Assembly (NCBI GenBank): GCA_048938025.1
Contig: JBHLMP010000041.1
Span: forward strand, 1 to 35,086
From: Promethearchaeota archaeon
Lineage (GTDB): Archaea > Asgardarchaeota > Lokiarchaeia > Sigyniarchaeales > SOKP01
Length of the DNA stretch: 35,086 bases
Reading direction: 5' to 3'
The notes under the pieces are model-generated. The model did not search any database and had not been told where the DNA came from. It saw only the letters and a list, made by a program, of their open reading frames with translations. A program made the translations under genes and the position numbers. This document shows, piece by piece, positions 18,920-28,909 of the stretch. Within the stretch, counting starts at the first letter, position 1; every line of letters begins with the position of its first letter.

Positions 18920-20128
18920 ATGAATTCTGTTGAATTGTTTATAGGGATATTAAGTGTTTTTATTGGGTATCTTTTAGGTGCAATTAATCCTGGTTACTTT
19001 TTTGGGAGACTGAAAGGTATTGATATACGAGAAGAGGGAACTGGAAATGCTGGCACCTCAAATGTCCGCATTGTTTTAGGTGTTAAATATGCTGCTTTTA
19101 CGGCATTTTATGATACCTTTAAAGGTATAATTGCCATTTTTATAGCAATTGCAATCGGAGCTAATTTTGTTTTTGCTCAAATAAGTGGATATGCGGCGAT
19201 TATTGGACATATTTTTCCTTTTTATATGCAGTTTCGTGGAGGTCAGGGAATAGCTACTGCTTCAGGAATCATGCTCCTTTATTTATTTACACAATATTTA
19301 GTTAATATTGAATTTTTTTATATCATTTGTTATTTATGCGCTATATATCTCATCTTTTATTCAGCATCTAAAGTTAAAAAATCTATGCCAATGATTTTTA
19401 CATTGCCTGTCTATGGATTTGCTATATATTTACATTACCCTGATAATCCCTATAATATCTTTTGTTGGATAATTCTTGCTTTTCTTTTTTCATTTGGCGT
19501 TTACAGTGTTATTGCTTTAAAAATGTTTAAAATTGAAGATGAAAGTTTTAAATCTCATTGGTGGCGAGTCGCAATAAGACCGGTTGCTCTTCTGTTTTTG
19601 CTATTTTATTTTGCTTTTTCTGAGATTGTGGCTCTGTTCTTAATAGGTATTGTAAGCTTGTGTTTTATCGCTCTTGATATATCCAGATTTCTCTCAACGC
19701 AAGCCCAAGAATTATTAACGGTTAAAATCAAATCAATTTTTAAAAAAGGTGAAGAAAGTAAATTTTCATCAATGACAATTTTCCTAATCTCTACTTTTAT
19801 AAGTATATTATTATTCGATATTGAGATCGCAATAACTGCCTTAATTTTCCTTATATTTGGAGATATTTTTAGTAAAATATTTGGACTAGCTTTTGGTCGT
19901 CATAAGTTATTTGATAAATCAATCGAAGGGACTCTTGCCTATATTGGCACTGTATTTATTTGTGGATATTTTATTTATAACATAATGGATATACCATTAC
20001 TAATTCTAATAACAGGGGGAATTGCAGCAACTTTTTCTGAATTTCTTCCGTTGGGAATGAATGATAATTTTACAGTTCCTATTATTAGTGGATCTGTAAT
20101 GTCAGCATTAATCTTATTTGGTACTTAA
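18920..20128 (+). CDS. PlsY-like glycerol-3-phosphate acyltransferase domain fused to a SEC59/DGK1/VTE5-type CTP-dependent kinase (cytidylyltransferase-family) domain
   Basis: N-half: 'GYLLGAINPG', 'DIREEGTGNAGTSN', 'DTFKG', 'GHIFP..QFRGGQGIAT'. C-half: 'GDIFSKIFG..FGRHK..KSIEGT', 'DNFTVP'. Confidence 0.85.
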   Translation: MNSVELFIGILSVFIGYLLGAINPGYFFGRLKGIDIREEGTGNAGTSNVRIVLGVKYAAFTAFYDTFKGIIAIFIAIAIGANFVFAQISGYAAIIGHIFPFYMQFRGGQGIATASGIMLLYLFTQYLVNIEFFYIICYLCAIYLIFYSASKVKKSMPMIFTLPVYGFAIYLHYPDNPYNIFCWIILAFLFSFGVYSVIALKMFKIEDESFKSHWWRVAIRPVALLFLLFYFAFSEIVALFLIGIVSLCFIALDISRFLSTQAQELLTVKIKSIFKKGEESKFSSMTIFLISTFISILLFDIEIAITALIFLIFGDIFSKIFGLAFGRHKLFDKSIEGTLAYIGTVFICGYFIYNIMDIPLLILITGGIAATFSEFLPLGMNDNFTVPIISGSVMSALILFGT

Positions 20129-20252
20129 ATCGATCAATAACTGGAATTTAGTTTAGATTTAAACTAATAGACGATTGGGATTTAAAACGAGATTAGAATG
20201 TAAAATAATAATTTTAATTTATTTATATCAAACAAAATTAATTAATATAACT

Positions 20253-21740
20253 CTAATAACTTTTGGCAATATAAATAGTACATCCAGCAGGTTTTCCACA
20301 TATTAAGCAAGTTGCAAATTCATGCTTTTCCTCATCAACCCTTTTACCTCGAACTTCTCCGCCAATTTCTTTCTCAACCACTTCAGCACAATGATAAGCA
20401 TCCATATCAATTGAGCAGAAACCACAGCACACTATTTTTCCATTATTAATTGCTTCAATTGCAGCATCTTTTTCATATACACATTCAACTTGAGACTCAA
20501 ATTCTATAAGAGAATTCTCTTTTATTTCTTTAGTGTAATTATTGGCTATACTATCAATAGCGGTGGTTAAATCCTTATCGTTGATAATAATTTTTTCACT
20601 ATTATGACGTTTTACCACGATTAATTCATTGTTCTCTATTTCTTTAGGTCCTATTTCAATTCGTATTGGTACCCCCCTTAGTTCCCAGTAATAAAATTTA
20701 TTACCAACAGATTCATCAGAATTATCTAATTTGACGGTGTATTTATCTTTAAGTAGATTTTCTATTTTTTTTGCTTTTTTTAAAACAATATCTTCCTTAC
20801 CTTTGTAGATTATGGGAATTATAATTATCTGGACAGGAGCAAGATCAAAAGGTAAAACTAACCCCTTATCATCCCCAAGATATGCAATCATAGCTCCATA
20901 ATTTCTACTTTGAGCAGGACCATAACAAGTCTGATAACCATATTTCTCTTCTCCATCTGAATCTACAAATTTTACATTAAATGGTTTTGAGAAAATCTGT
21001 CCCAACAAATGTGTAGAGGGCAATTGTAAAACTTTTCCAGATCCCATTAATGCATCAGCAGCATAAGTATGAACAGCTCCTGGAAATTTATCCCATTCTG
21101 GTCTTTGAAAAAAGATTATAGGAATACAACACTCATCCTGAAGAATCTGATAAGTTATTTCCATATCCTCTTTAACCTGTTCCATTGCATCTTCCATTGT
21201 GGCAAAAACATTATGCGATTCAATCCAATGAAACTCTCTACCTCTAAAAAATGGCCTTGTCATTTTCCCCTCATATCTCCAAACCTGACATGAAAGATAT
21301 CTTTTATAGGGTAGATCTTTATAACTTCTTATCCATAAAGAATACATCTTGTATAACGCAGTTTCGCTAGTCGGTCGTAATGCCAATCGTTCTGATAATT
21401 TGCCAGAACTACCTGCTTCTGTTACCCAAAATACCTCCGGTGAAAAACCCTCAACATGCTTAGCTTCTAATAAGAAATTCGATTCAGGGATAAGAGAAGG
21501 CATTGTCAGTGGGAGATGACCTTTTTGTTCCAGCAGATCTTCGGTTTTTTTATACATTTTTCTAATTGTGATTGTTGCCCATTCTCTATAGACAACAAAT
21601 CCTTTAATATTATATCTAATATCAGCTAACTCTGCTTTGTTAAGTAATTCAGTATACCAACCTGAAAAATCTTCTTCTTTAGATACAGTAATTCCAGTTA
21701 TAGGAGCTTCTTTTTCCTTTTTTGCCATAGAGATCATCAA
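20253..21740 (-). CDS. proS: Proline--tRNA ligase, archaeal/eukaryotic type
   Basis: 'DFSGWY', 'HVEGFSPEVFWVT', 'LRPTSET', 'RPFFRGREFHWIESH', 'GDDKGLVLP..LAPVQ', C-terminal Cys-containing Zn site, terminal 'AKSY'. Confidence 0.96.
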   Translation of the reverse strand: MMISMAKKEKEAPITGITVSKEEDFSGWYTELLNKAELADIRYNIKGFVVYREWATITIRKMYKKTEDLLEQKGHLPLTMPSLIPESNFLLEAKHVEGFSPEVFWVTEAGSSGKLSERLALRPTSETALYKMYSLWIRSYKDLPYKRYLSCQVWRYEGKMTRPFFRGREFHWIESHNVFATMEDAMEQVKEDMEITYQILQDECCIPIIFFQRPEWDKFPGAVHTYAADALMGSGKVLQLPSTHLLGQIFSKPFNVKFVDSDGEEKYGYQTCYGPAQSRNYGAMIAYLGDDKGLVLPFDLAPVQIIIIPIIYKGKEDIVLKKAKKIENLLKDKYTVKLDNSDESVGNKFYYWELRGVPIRIEIGPKEIENNELIVVKRHNSEKIIINDKDLTTAIDSIANNYTKEIKENSLIEFESQVECVYEKDAAIEAINNGKIVCCGFCSIDMDAYHCAEVVEKEIGGEVRGKRVDEEKHEFATCLICGKPAGCTIYIAKSY

Positions 21741-21827
21741 TTATAATATTCTTAAAATTAAATATTTTATGAGATTTGAACAATTTGTACCATCATTCAG
21801 AAGAAAAAAATAAGAATAGTATGACAG

Positions 21828-22571
21828 CTAATTATCTGACAATAACACAGCGTTAGTAATTACCTTACCGGGTTTATGTACCACCTTATATCCTTTTGAA
21901 ACTAAGAATTTTTTTATTTCTTCTCCAATTTTATGCAATTTCTCTCCATTCTGGTCATTATCCAAAGCAATATTAATTATGGATTGTGCTGAATCCAATT
22001 CCTTTTTATCTAAAGTACCAACTGGCTTGATTTCGATTTTAGAAGCACCAGCAATAGATGCAATCTTGTTGATTTCCACTTCCATTGATCCAAATGTGAA
22101 GAATTCTCTACTCCGTCGTTTTAATTTTTCTGCTAAAATCTTTTCTAAATTGTTTCTTGAATCCTGATCATAAAAAGCAGTTAATTCCTTAGTACATATG
22201 GCTTTATATTTCCCAGAAATTAGATTCTCTTTATCCTCAATAAAGGCTATTAAAGTATTATAATATTCTTGATCAATTTTTTGAAAATTTTCGGTATTTC
22301 TTACTAAATCTGTCAATTTATCGATTAAATCGTAATAAAATTTTAAGAATGATTTAATAACTAATTTATCGTTCATTTCTTTGACTTCAGGATAATACTT
22401 TTTAAGAATTAGATTAATATTTTTATTAAACTCAGCACATAATTTCGCTATCTCATCAATATTTTTAACTGATTTTTGATTTAAAGTTTTAATTAAAACT
22501 CTTTCTAAGGTTGGTAATTCCTTGAAAATTTGATTGATTTTATCTCGATATTTTTTTTCTATATAGCTCAT
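21828..22571 (-). CDS. Hypothetical protein (helical N-terminal part, alpha/beta C-terminal part)
   Basis: 247-aa ORF co-oriented with its neighbours; no recognised motif. Confidence 0.7.
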   Translation of the reverse strand: MSYIEKKYRDKINQIFKELPTLERVLIKTLNQKSVKNIDEIAKLCAEFNKNINLILKKYYPEVKEMNDKLVIKSFLKFYYDLIDKLTDLVRNTENFQKIDQEYYNTLIAFIEDKENLISGKYKAICTKELTAFYDQDSRNNLEKILAEKLKRRSREFFTFGSMEVEINKIASIAGASKIEIKPVGTLDKKELDSAQSIINIALDNDQNGEKLHKIGEEIKKFLVSKGYKVVHKPGKVITNAVLLSDN

Positions 22572-22702
22572 TACTTATAAAAAAGATAATAGTTTTCATA
22601 TATAATGTTAATTTTTCCAAGATGGTAAAGAAAAAGATTTAAAAATGTGTTGTATTGTTTATAAAATCTTAGCAAAATATGTTTATATTCAGATTGTAAT
22701 TC

Positions 22703-23137
22703 TCATTCTTGGATTAATGGAATTTTCTTAACATCGTTATCTTTTGATTCTACTACTTTTTCAAGAATGTGTGAAAATGTGTGAAAGTTAGAAATTTCTC
22801 CATTAAAATCCTTTAAGTCGTTCTTAAATTTTGTTATAAAATTACCAATTATCTTTTCAGCTAGAGATTCTAATAATCCTCTATCAAATGTATCATTATC
22901 ACATTTAAATATAATATGTAATCCTGAGTTATGGGTGTAAAAGAAAAAAATAGAATTGTCTAAAGAAATGGTTCTTAGACTTTCCTTAAACTGATTTTTA
23001 GTAAAACGACAAATTAAATCGAAATAACTCGCTAATGATTGTTGATCTTTAAAAATATTACTCCCGGAGAAGTGATGATAAAATAAAGCTATTCCTGCTT
23101 TATTGATTATCATTAACTGTTGAATCATATTAAACAA
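22703..23137 (-). CDS. Longin-like domain protein
   Basis: 'MIQQLMIINKAGIALF...DQQSLASYFDLICRF...LRTISLD...FITKFKNDLKDFNGEISNFHTF' pattern typical of Asgard stand-alone longin-like proteins. Confidence 0.7.
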   Translation of the reverse strand: MFNMIQQLMIINKAGIALFYHHFSGSNIFKDQQSLASYFDLICRFTKNQFKESLRTISLDNSIFFFYTHNSGLHIIFKCDNDTFDRGLLESLAEKIIGNFITKFKNDLKDFNGEISNFHTFSHILEKVVESKDNDVKKIPLIQE

Positions 23138-23385
23138 ATTATAAGGACTTTTTTATTTGTAGCATTGATTTTATACTATTTTATAAATAACCTTACAACC
23201 ATATTAATAATAGAAATATTTTTTTCGCATAATACTACACCAAACATGTATTTAAATTTATTCTATTTAGTAAACAATAAAAAAATCAATGTTTTTTGTC
23301 GGTTCTTAATAATCAGTTATATTTTTTCCGTAATTATGCAATTTTATATTGAAGAAATTGAGTTAAATATATCCTGAGATTTTTT

Positions 23386-23409
23386 AAAAAAAATAAAAAA
23401 ATAAAAAAA
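23386..23409 (-). terminator. Putative U-rich archaeal terminator downstream of tfb
   Basis: Repeated A-runs separated by single T on the + strand (poly-U on the transcript) about 50 nt after the tfb stop. Confidence 0.4.
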
Positions 23410-23459
23410 GTCTGTTTAAATCACTCAGAACTTGGACAAATCTTACTTAATTAACCTGA

Positions 23460-24389
23460 TTATTGAAGTTTACTCCTTATCTGTTTGGAACGACTACGAA
23501 GTGTAACCTCGGTCACTTTTGCAACTTCACTTACTTCAGCTTGAGTTTTTCGACAATTTCCTGCTTTAGCTGCCATATAAATAACACTTGCTGCTAATCC
23601 CTTTGGGTCTTTACCAGTTCGTAATAACCCATTTTTAGATGCTTCTACAAGCATGTTAATTGCCTTTTTCTGAGTTTCCATTGGCAAACCAAGGTCATTT
23701 CCGAACCGAAATACTAGTTGCTCTGCTGTAATTGGCTTATATTTCAAATTAAGTTCCGGGAGTACCTCTTTAACAACCATCCCTAAAGAACGGTGTACTG
23801 TTCGTCTTGGTGTCATAGCAGCCTCACATACTTCCTCGAGTAATCGTGGAAATTCATGTACTCGGATTGCGGCATACAAAGAAGCAGCGATAAATCCATC
23901 AATTGATCTTCCCATTGTGAGCTTTTTCTTTGCCACAACAGAATAGATTTTCCATGCAGTTTCCTTAATATACTCTGGTATATTCATTTTCGATGTGAGC
24001 ATTTTAAGTTTGGGCTTAGCTTCCCAGAAATTTCGCTCAATACTAGAAATTAATGAATTTTGAATTTTTGATAGTCGAGAAAATAACGTTTTTCCCTTTG
24101 CTCCGATTAAACGACCTTTTGAATCAATCTTAGAGTTTGGTAACATAGTACGAGGTCCAAATTCCCTCCACCTTGGCTCTGTTCTGCGACGCTTATTCAC
24201 CTCTTCGATAGTATAAGCACGCCTCTCATTCCCTACCAAATTTCTACCAATAATCATACCACAATTAATACAAACAGCATCTCCATCACGAGATTCGATG
24301 CATGGGTTGCTACAGCATTGATCTGGACTGCACCTAGCCTCTTCAGAAGTAGCCTTTGCTGATCGTAGGCGGTCTTTGTAATTACTCAC
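23460..24389 (-). CDS. tfb: Transcription initiation factor IIB (TFB)
   Basis: Zn ribbon 'CCSNPC...VCINCG', B-reader 'ERRAY', two cyclin repeats with 'GRSIDGFIAASLY' and 'GKDPKGLAASVIY...TQAEVSEVAKVTEVTLRSR'. Confidence 0.95.
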   Translation of the reverse strand: MSNYKDRLRSAKATSEEARCSPDQCCSNPCIESRDGDAVCINCGMIIGRNLVGNERRAYTIEEVNKRRRTEPRWREFGPRTMLPNSKIDSKGRLIGAKGKTLFSRLSKIQNSLISSIERNFWEAKPKLKMLTSKMNIPEYIKETAWKIYSVVAKKKLTMGRSIDGFIAASLYAAIRVHEFPRLLEEVCEAAMTPRRTVHRSLGMVVKEVLPELNLKYKPITAEQLVFRFGNDLGLPMETQKKAINMLVEASKNGLLRTGKDPKGLAASVIYMAAKAGNCRKTQAEVSEVAKVTEVTLRSRSKQIRSKLQ

Positions 24390-24749
24390 TTTTATTCACT
24401 TTTCAGTAACTTTTTTTTTCGATTGTTTTAATTTTGATCTTTTATAGTAATGTTTTTAATAAATCCTATAGTATAATGTAAAACTTGAATACTTAAATTT
24501 AACAGTTTTAAATTATAAATATTTATTTTTTTTTGAAATTATTAAATAATTGTAATGTAATATATTCATCTTCCGTATTTAAAAATATTTTTATCCAAAA
24601 ATGTGATATTTCCCAGAACAAATAAAGTATGGGCAATCTGTGGGAATTTCGCTATACTTATATTTCATAATAAGCTGAAGAATTTAGTAGTATGAAGGCG
24701 AAAGAAGTAGAATTACGAAATTAATCTGAATCAAGATATAGACCTGCAA

Positions 24750-26030
24750 TTATCTCTTTAACAATGGTATGATTTGTGGACCATTTGGCAGAATTAAAAT
24801 ATTTGAATCATTTCCATGGGTTTTGAGAGAAAAATGGATTGCTTCCTCGACAGTTTTAGCGTATTTTAAGCCAATATTACCCAATTCATTTTCATTTAAT
24901 TTAGAAACGACGTATATTTCTGCTTTCATAAGTATTCTTGCTAAGATTTGGATCTCCCATTGATCAGGGACGATAACTTCTTTATTTAGAATTTTATAGT
25001 AAATATCAGCCGGTTTCATATCTGAGAAAAGTAATTCTCGAAATTCCTCTTGACCTTCACCGATTCCATCACTACATTCGTTTACAGAAATTATGGTCCC
25101 GCCTTTTTTTACCACCATTTCTCCAATTGCCATGCTCTTAACTGCTTGATATAGATTGAGATCTAAGGGATAACCTCCATTTCCACAGATTACTATATCA
25201 TAAGGTTCTGTAATTTCCATAAATACTTTTTTTAATTGATATTTAACAAGTTTATTATGTGTTTTTTCCAAATCTCCGGCAGCAATTTGTGTGATTCTAT
25301 GTTTTTCATCTATACATATATTAATAATAAAATCGACACCTACTAATCTTGATATTTCTATTGCATTTTTATGCATGGGGTTCTTTTTATAAATCCCAAA
25401 TTGAGAATAGGGAGATGAAATATTTTCAGCTGAATGATTCAATTGAATCGTTTCAGCACCAGCGATACCAGGAACTAAAGCCTTACGTCCTCCAGAAAAT
25501 CCAAAGAAGAAGTGAGGTTCCACATATCCCGTTAAAATTTTCACATCACTTTCATAGTAATATTTGTTAATGTAAATAGGAGTATGATTTGACGTTTTTC
25601 CTAAATATTGTAATAAGTCTTTATCTGTTGCTTTATGATCTATTACTTTTAGACGATTTTTTAACTTGTTTCCTAAAATTCTTTCTAATTCTTCTTCACG
25701 AGAGGGACGATGTAAGCCAGTGGCTATTAAAATAATAATTTTGTTATCTTCAATTCCATATGAGTTTAATTCTTCTATTAATGCTTTCAAAATCAAATGA
25801 GAAGGTAGAGGTCGAGTAGCATCGCTTACAATTATGCAAACTTGATTCAAGTTTTGCTTTTCTCTAATAATACTCTTAAGAGGGGAACCTGAGATTGGAT
25901 TATTTATGGCTTTTTTAATTTTTTCTACAGGATTTTCAATTATATATTGAGTTTTTGGACGTAAAATATCAACATTCCAGGATGCATCTAAAGATATTTC
26001 TAATCCAGTTTTCCCATAATCAAATTTCAT
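24750..26030 (-). CDS. larA: Nickel-pincer-dependent lactate racemase family protein
   Basis: 'SDATRP', 'ATGLHR', 'EPHFFFGFSGGRK', 'GGYPLDLNLYQAVK', 'DQWEIQ'. Confidence 0.92.
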   Translation of the reverse strand: MKFDYGKTGLEISLDASWNVDILRPKTQYIIENPVEKIKKAINNPISGSPLKSIIREKQNLNQVCIIVSDATRPLPSHLILKALIEELNSYGIEDNKIIILIATGLHRPSREEELERILGNKLKNRLKVIDHKATDKDLLQYLGKTSNHTPIYINKYYYESDVKILTGYVEPHFFFGFSGGRKALVPGIAGAETIQLNHSAENISSPYSQFGIYKKNPMHKNAIEISRLVGVDFIINICIDEKHRITQIAAGDLEKTHNKLVKYQLKKVFMEITEPYDIVICGNGGYPLDLNLYQAVKSMAIGEMVVKKGGTIISVNECSDGIGEGQEEFRELLFSDMKPADIYYKILNKEVIVPDQWEIQILARILMKAEIYVVSKLNENELGNIGLKYAKTVEEAIHFSLKTHGNDSNILILPNGPQIIPLLKR

Positions 26031-26037
26031 AGCATTT

Positions 26038-27777
26038 TCACTTCCTCATATGAATTATTTCACGAGCTTTCTCAAAAATTTCGTGTGTGTCAATCCCAGC
26101 AGGGCAGGTTGTATGACAGAGTGCACATAATGTACATGTGTTAAGAATATCTGATATTAATTCAGTCAGGTTTAAATCACCGTATACTAATCCATTCAAA
26201 ATGCTCAAACGACCTCTTGGACTATAAGCTTCTAATAGATAATGGATTCTTGATGGACATGTAGCAATGCAAAATCCACATCTCATGCATTTTAAACTTA
26301 ACAGCTTATCATTTTGGTTTTTTAACAATCGTGATTTCCTAGATATTCTTATTGGTTGCTTTTCTCCTTTTCCAATGCCAGGATTCAAGATTCTATTTGG
26401 ATCAAAGAGTTCTTTAATTTTATACATTAAGTTTATAATTTCAGATCTATGTTCCAACTCAAGATATGGTGTTTTAATTTTACCTATTCCATGTTCACCG
26501 GTTAAAGTACCTCCAGCAGGAATTATAATTTCTTTATATAAGAATTCAATTGCTTTTTCAAAATCTATTATATCTTGTTCATCATTTTCGTTAAATAAAA
26601 AAGTAGGATGTAAATTCCCCTCCATATGGCAAATAATAGCTACTAACAAATTTTTTGCATTAATTTTTTCCGGTATTTTTTCAATTTTTTTTATAACCTC
26701 GGCAAAATGAGTTAGCTGAATAGTACAATCTTCCACACAGGTATTTGGTTTTAATCTGGATAAAGCAGGTAGATTTGCCTTTCTCGCTAGTATAAGCCTC
26801 TCTCTCTCTTCATTGTTTTTAGCAATCTTATGATAAACGGGATCATTTTGAATAATAATATCGAATAAGTTCGAAAAATTTTCCTCAACTTCGTTAATAC
26901 TCTCTCCATCTACTTCAGCTAATAACACATATCCGTTAGGAAAATCTAAAAATTCTCCACCTAAGTAATTTGTAACTGCTTCCAAAACAAGTTTATCCAT
27001 AAATTCTAATAAGTTTGGAACAATCCCTTTTTTACGTATTTTTAAGACAGAATTTTGTAAATCTTGAATATCCTCAAAAATAAACATACCCAATTTTCTT
27101 GCTTTTGGTAAAGGTCTAATTCTGAGACCAATCTTAGTAATAACTCCTAAAGTTCCCTCTGAACCTATAATTAAATCTTTTAAATTATATGATGATACAG
27201 ATTTTAAAACATTTGTACCTAAATTCATAATAGTTCCATCAGGGAGTATTACTTCTAAATACAGAACGTAATTTTTTGTAACACCATATTTAAATGCCTG
27301 AATTCCTCCAGCATTAGTAGCAACCATTCCTCCTATTGTTGCAACTGAGCTTGAACCGGGATCTGGAGGAAAAAAATATCCAAACGGCGCTAACTTTTCA
27401 TTTAAATCGTCGCAAATGACTCCTGGCTCCACTTCAACAAGATTATTTTCAATATCAATTTTGATTATTTTATTTATTCTAGATAAGTCAAGGACAATAC
27501 CCTTATAAGGAGTCATCGGACCTGCAGATAAACTAGTTCCACTCCCTCTGGGAGTGACAGGAATTCTAAATTTATTTGCTAATTTTAAAATTTTAGAAAT
27601 TTGTAGAGAATTTTGAGGTAATAAGATTAAATCAGGAATCCAATCTCTTTCAAATATCGTACCTCCAAAAGAATAAGTCCATCGAATTTCAAAGTTATCA
27701 AAACATGATCCTTCTCCTACAATTTGTTCAAACTGTGCAACTACTTGCTTTGAAATTTTATTATATTTTGGAGTCAT
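26038..27777 (-). CDS. FAD-linked D-2-hydroxyacid (D-lactate/glycolate, GlcD-like) dehydrogenase fused to a 2x[4Fe-4S] domain
   Basis: 'PRGSGTSL', 'PDPGS...TIGGMVATNAGG..KYG', 'GSEGTLG', 'GEHGIG', 'DP..ILNPG'; C-terminal CMRCGFCIATCP and CTLCALCHTTCP. Confidence 0.9.
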   Translation of the reverse strand: MTPKYNKISKQVVAQFEQIVGEGSCFDNFEIRWTYSFGGTIFERDWIPDLILLPQNSLQISKILKLANKFRIPVTPRGSGTSLSAGPMTPYKGIVLDLSRINKIIKIDIENNLVEVEPGVICDDLNEKLAPFGYFFPPDPGSSSVATIGGMVATNAGGIQAFKYGVTKNYVLYLEVILPDGTIMNLGTNVLKSVSSYNLKDLIIGSEGTLGVITKIGLRIRPLPKARKLGMFIFEDIQDLQNSVLKIRKKGIVPNLLEFMDKLVLEAVTNYLGGEFLDFPNGYVLLAEVDGESINEVEENFSNLFDIIIQNDPVYHKIAKNNEERERLILARKANLPALSRLKPNTCVEDCTIQLTHFAEVIKKIEKIPEKINAKNLLVAIICHMEGNLHPTFLFNENDEQDIIDFEKAIEFLYKEIIIPAGGTLTGEHGIGKIKTPYLELEHRSEIINLMYKIKELFDPNRILNPGIGKGEKQPIRISRKSRLLKNQNDKLLSLKCMRCGFCIATCPSRIHYLLEAYSPRGRLSILNGLVYGDLNLTELISDILNTCTLCALCHTTCPAGIDTHEIFEKAREIIHMRK

Positions 27778-27851
27778 ATTGAAAAACTAAATATTAGCCT
27801 TTTTTCTATTTGGTAAAAAGAATTCTGATTAATATTTATGCTTGTTATTGA

Positions 27852-28739
27852 TCATAAAGTAGTAAATTCATTACTATCAAAACCCCAAGATCTAAGAATC
27901 TTTTCAGTATCAGTTATAATCTTTTCAATAAATTCTTTTACAGAAACTATTTTATCGATGTGTCCAATTGCCATTGAACCCACAACAGAATCTTTTAATT
28001 CAAAATGAAATATTTTTTTATGGAATTTCTCATCAAAGATATTTTGAGTTATTAATCTCTCTTTCCATGACTCTGATGCAGGGCTTTCTATTGTTGCTAA
28101 AATAACAGTACCAAAACACACAGCCTCAGCTCCCATAGCTAAGGCTCCCAGAAAACCCCTAGCATCTCCTAATCCGCCAGCAGCAATGATAGGTATTTTA
28201 AGCAATTTTTTAGCCATTGTTATGTTTATTAATGTTGTATTTTGAAGAGGATTTTTGAATCCAGTACCTTCAACACCTACTATTGTCACCGCATCAGCGC
28301 CTTGTCTTTCGGCTGATATTGCATGTTTTATGGTAGCACATTTATGAAACCAATAACAATTAGCATCATGTAGTTTCTTTCCAATTTTGGGTGCCTGATA
28401 AGCTGAAGTTGTACAAACATTAACTCCAGCGTCAATAGCTAAATCAACGAAATCTAAATATGATTCTTCTGATCTTCCCTTCCCTCCCATTTTTTCAATG
28501 AGATAGGGTGGCATTATTGAAAAATTCACACCCCAAGGTTTATTAGTTAATCTCTTCATTTTGTCAATTTCAGATTGAAAGTCTTCAATATTCTTAAAGT
28601 TGATTGCTGCGAGAATACCAAAACCACCTGCATTTGAGAAAGCTGCAGCAAATTCAGCTTTTCCTAATCCTACAAAAGCACCCATTATTATTGGGTATTT
28701 AGTATCCATCATTTCTGAAATTCTGGTTTTCCATATCAT
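27852..28739 (-). CDS. Nitronate monooxygenase / FabK-like FMN oxidoreductase
   Basis: 'KYPIIMG', 'SNAGGFG', 'TNKPWGVN', 'GVEGTG', 'PIIAAGG.GDARG..ALAMGAEAV..GT'. Confidence 0.88.
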   Translation of the reverse strand: MIWKTRISEMMDTKYPIIMGAFVGLGKAEFAAAFSNAGGFGILAAINFKNIEDFQSEIDKMKRLTNKPWGVNFSIMPPYLIEKMGGKGRSEESYLDFVDLAIDAGVNVCTTSAYQAPKIGKKLHDANCYWFHKCATIKHAISAERQGADAVTIVGVEGTGFKNPLQNTTLINITMAKKLLKIPIIAAGGLGDARGFLGALAMGAEAVCFGTVILATIESPASESWKERLITQNIFDEKFHKKIFHFELKDSVVGSMAIGHIDKIVSVKEFIEKIITDTEKILRSWGFDSNEFTTL

Positions 28740-28909
28740 CCTTTTTCGTTCTGAGAAATTTTATAGGTAAATTTGATAATAAATTCTGATGTTTTTCCTT
28801 TAATAATTTGTTTGTTCTCTGTAGTAAAATAATTTTTCCAAAAAAAAGATATTTTAAATAGAATTAATATAATAGTTGTGTATAAGAATATAGGCTTTAA
28901 GGGATTTTT

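Noticed and set aside
23120-23377. 85-aa hydrophobic + strand ORF
   Set aside because: Low-complexity AT-rich intergenic sequence overlapping the longin start and promoter; likely spurious.
24615-24670. Possible eukaryote-like SECIS downstream of larA (AUGA...AAA stem)
   Set aside because: The 3' GA of the quartet is missing and nearby genes have no in-frame TGA.
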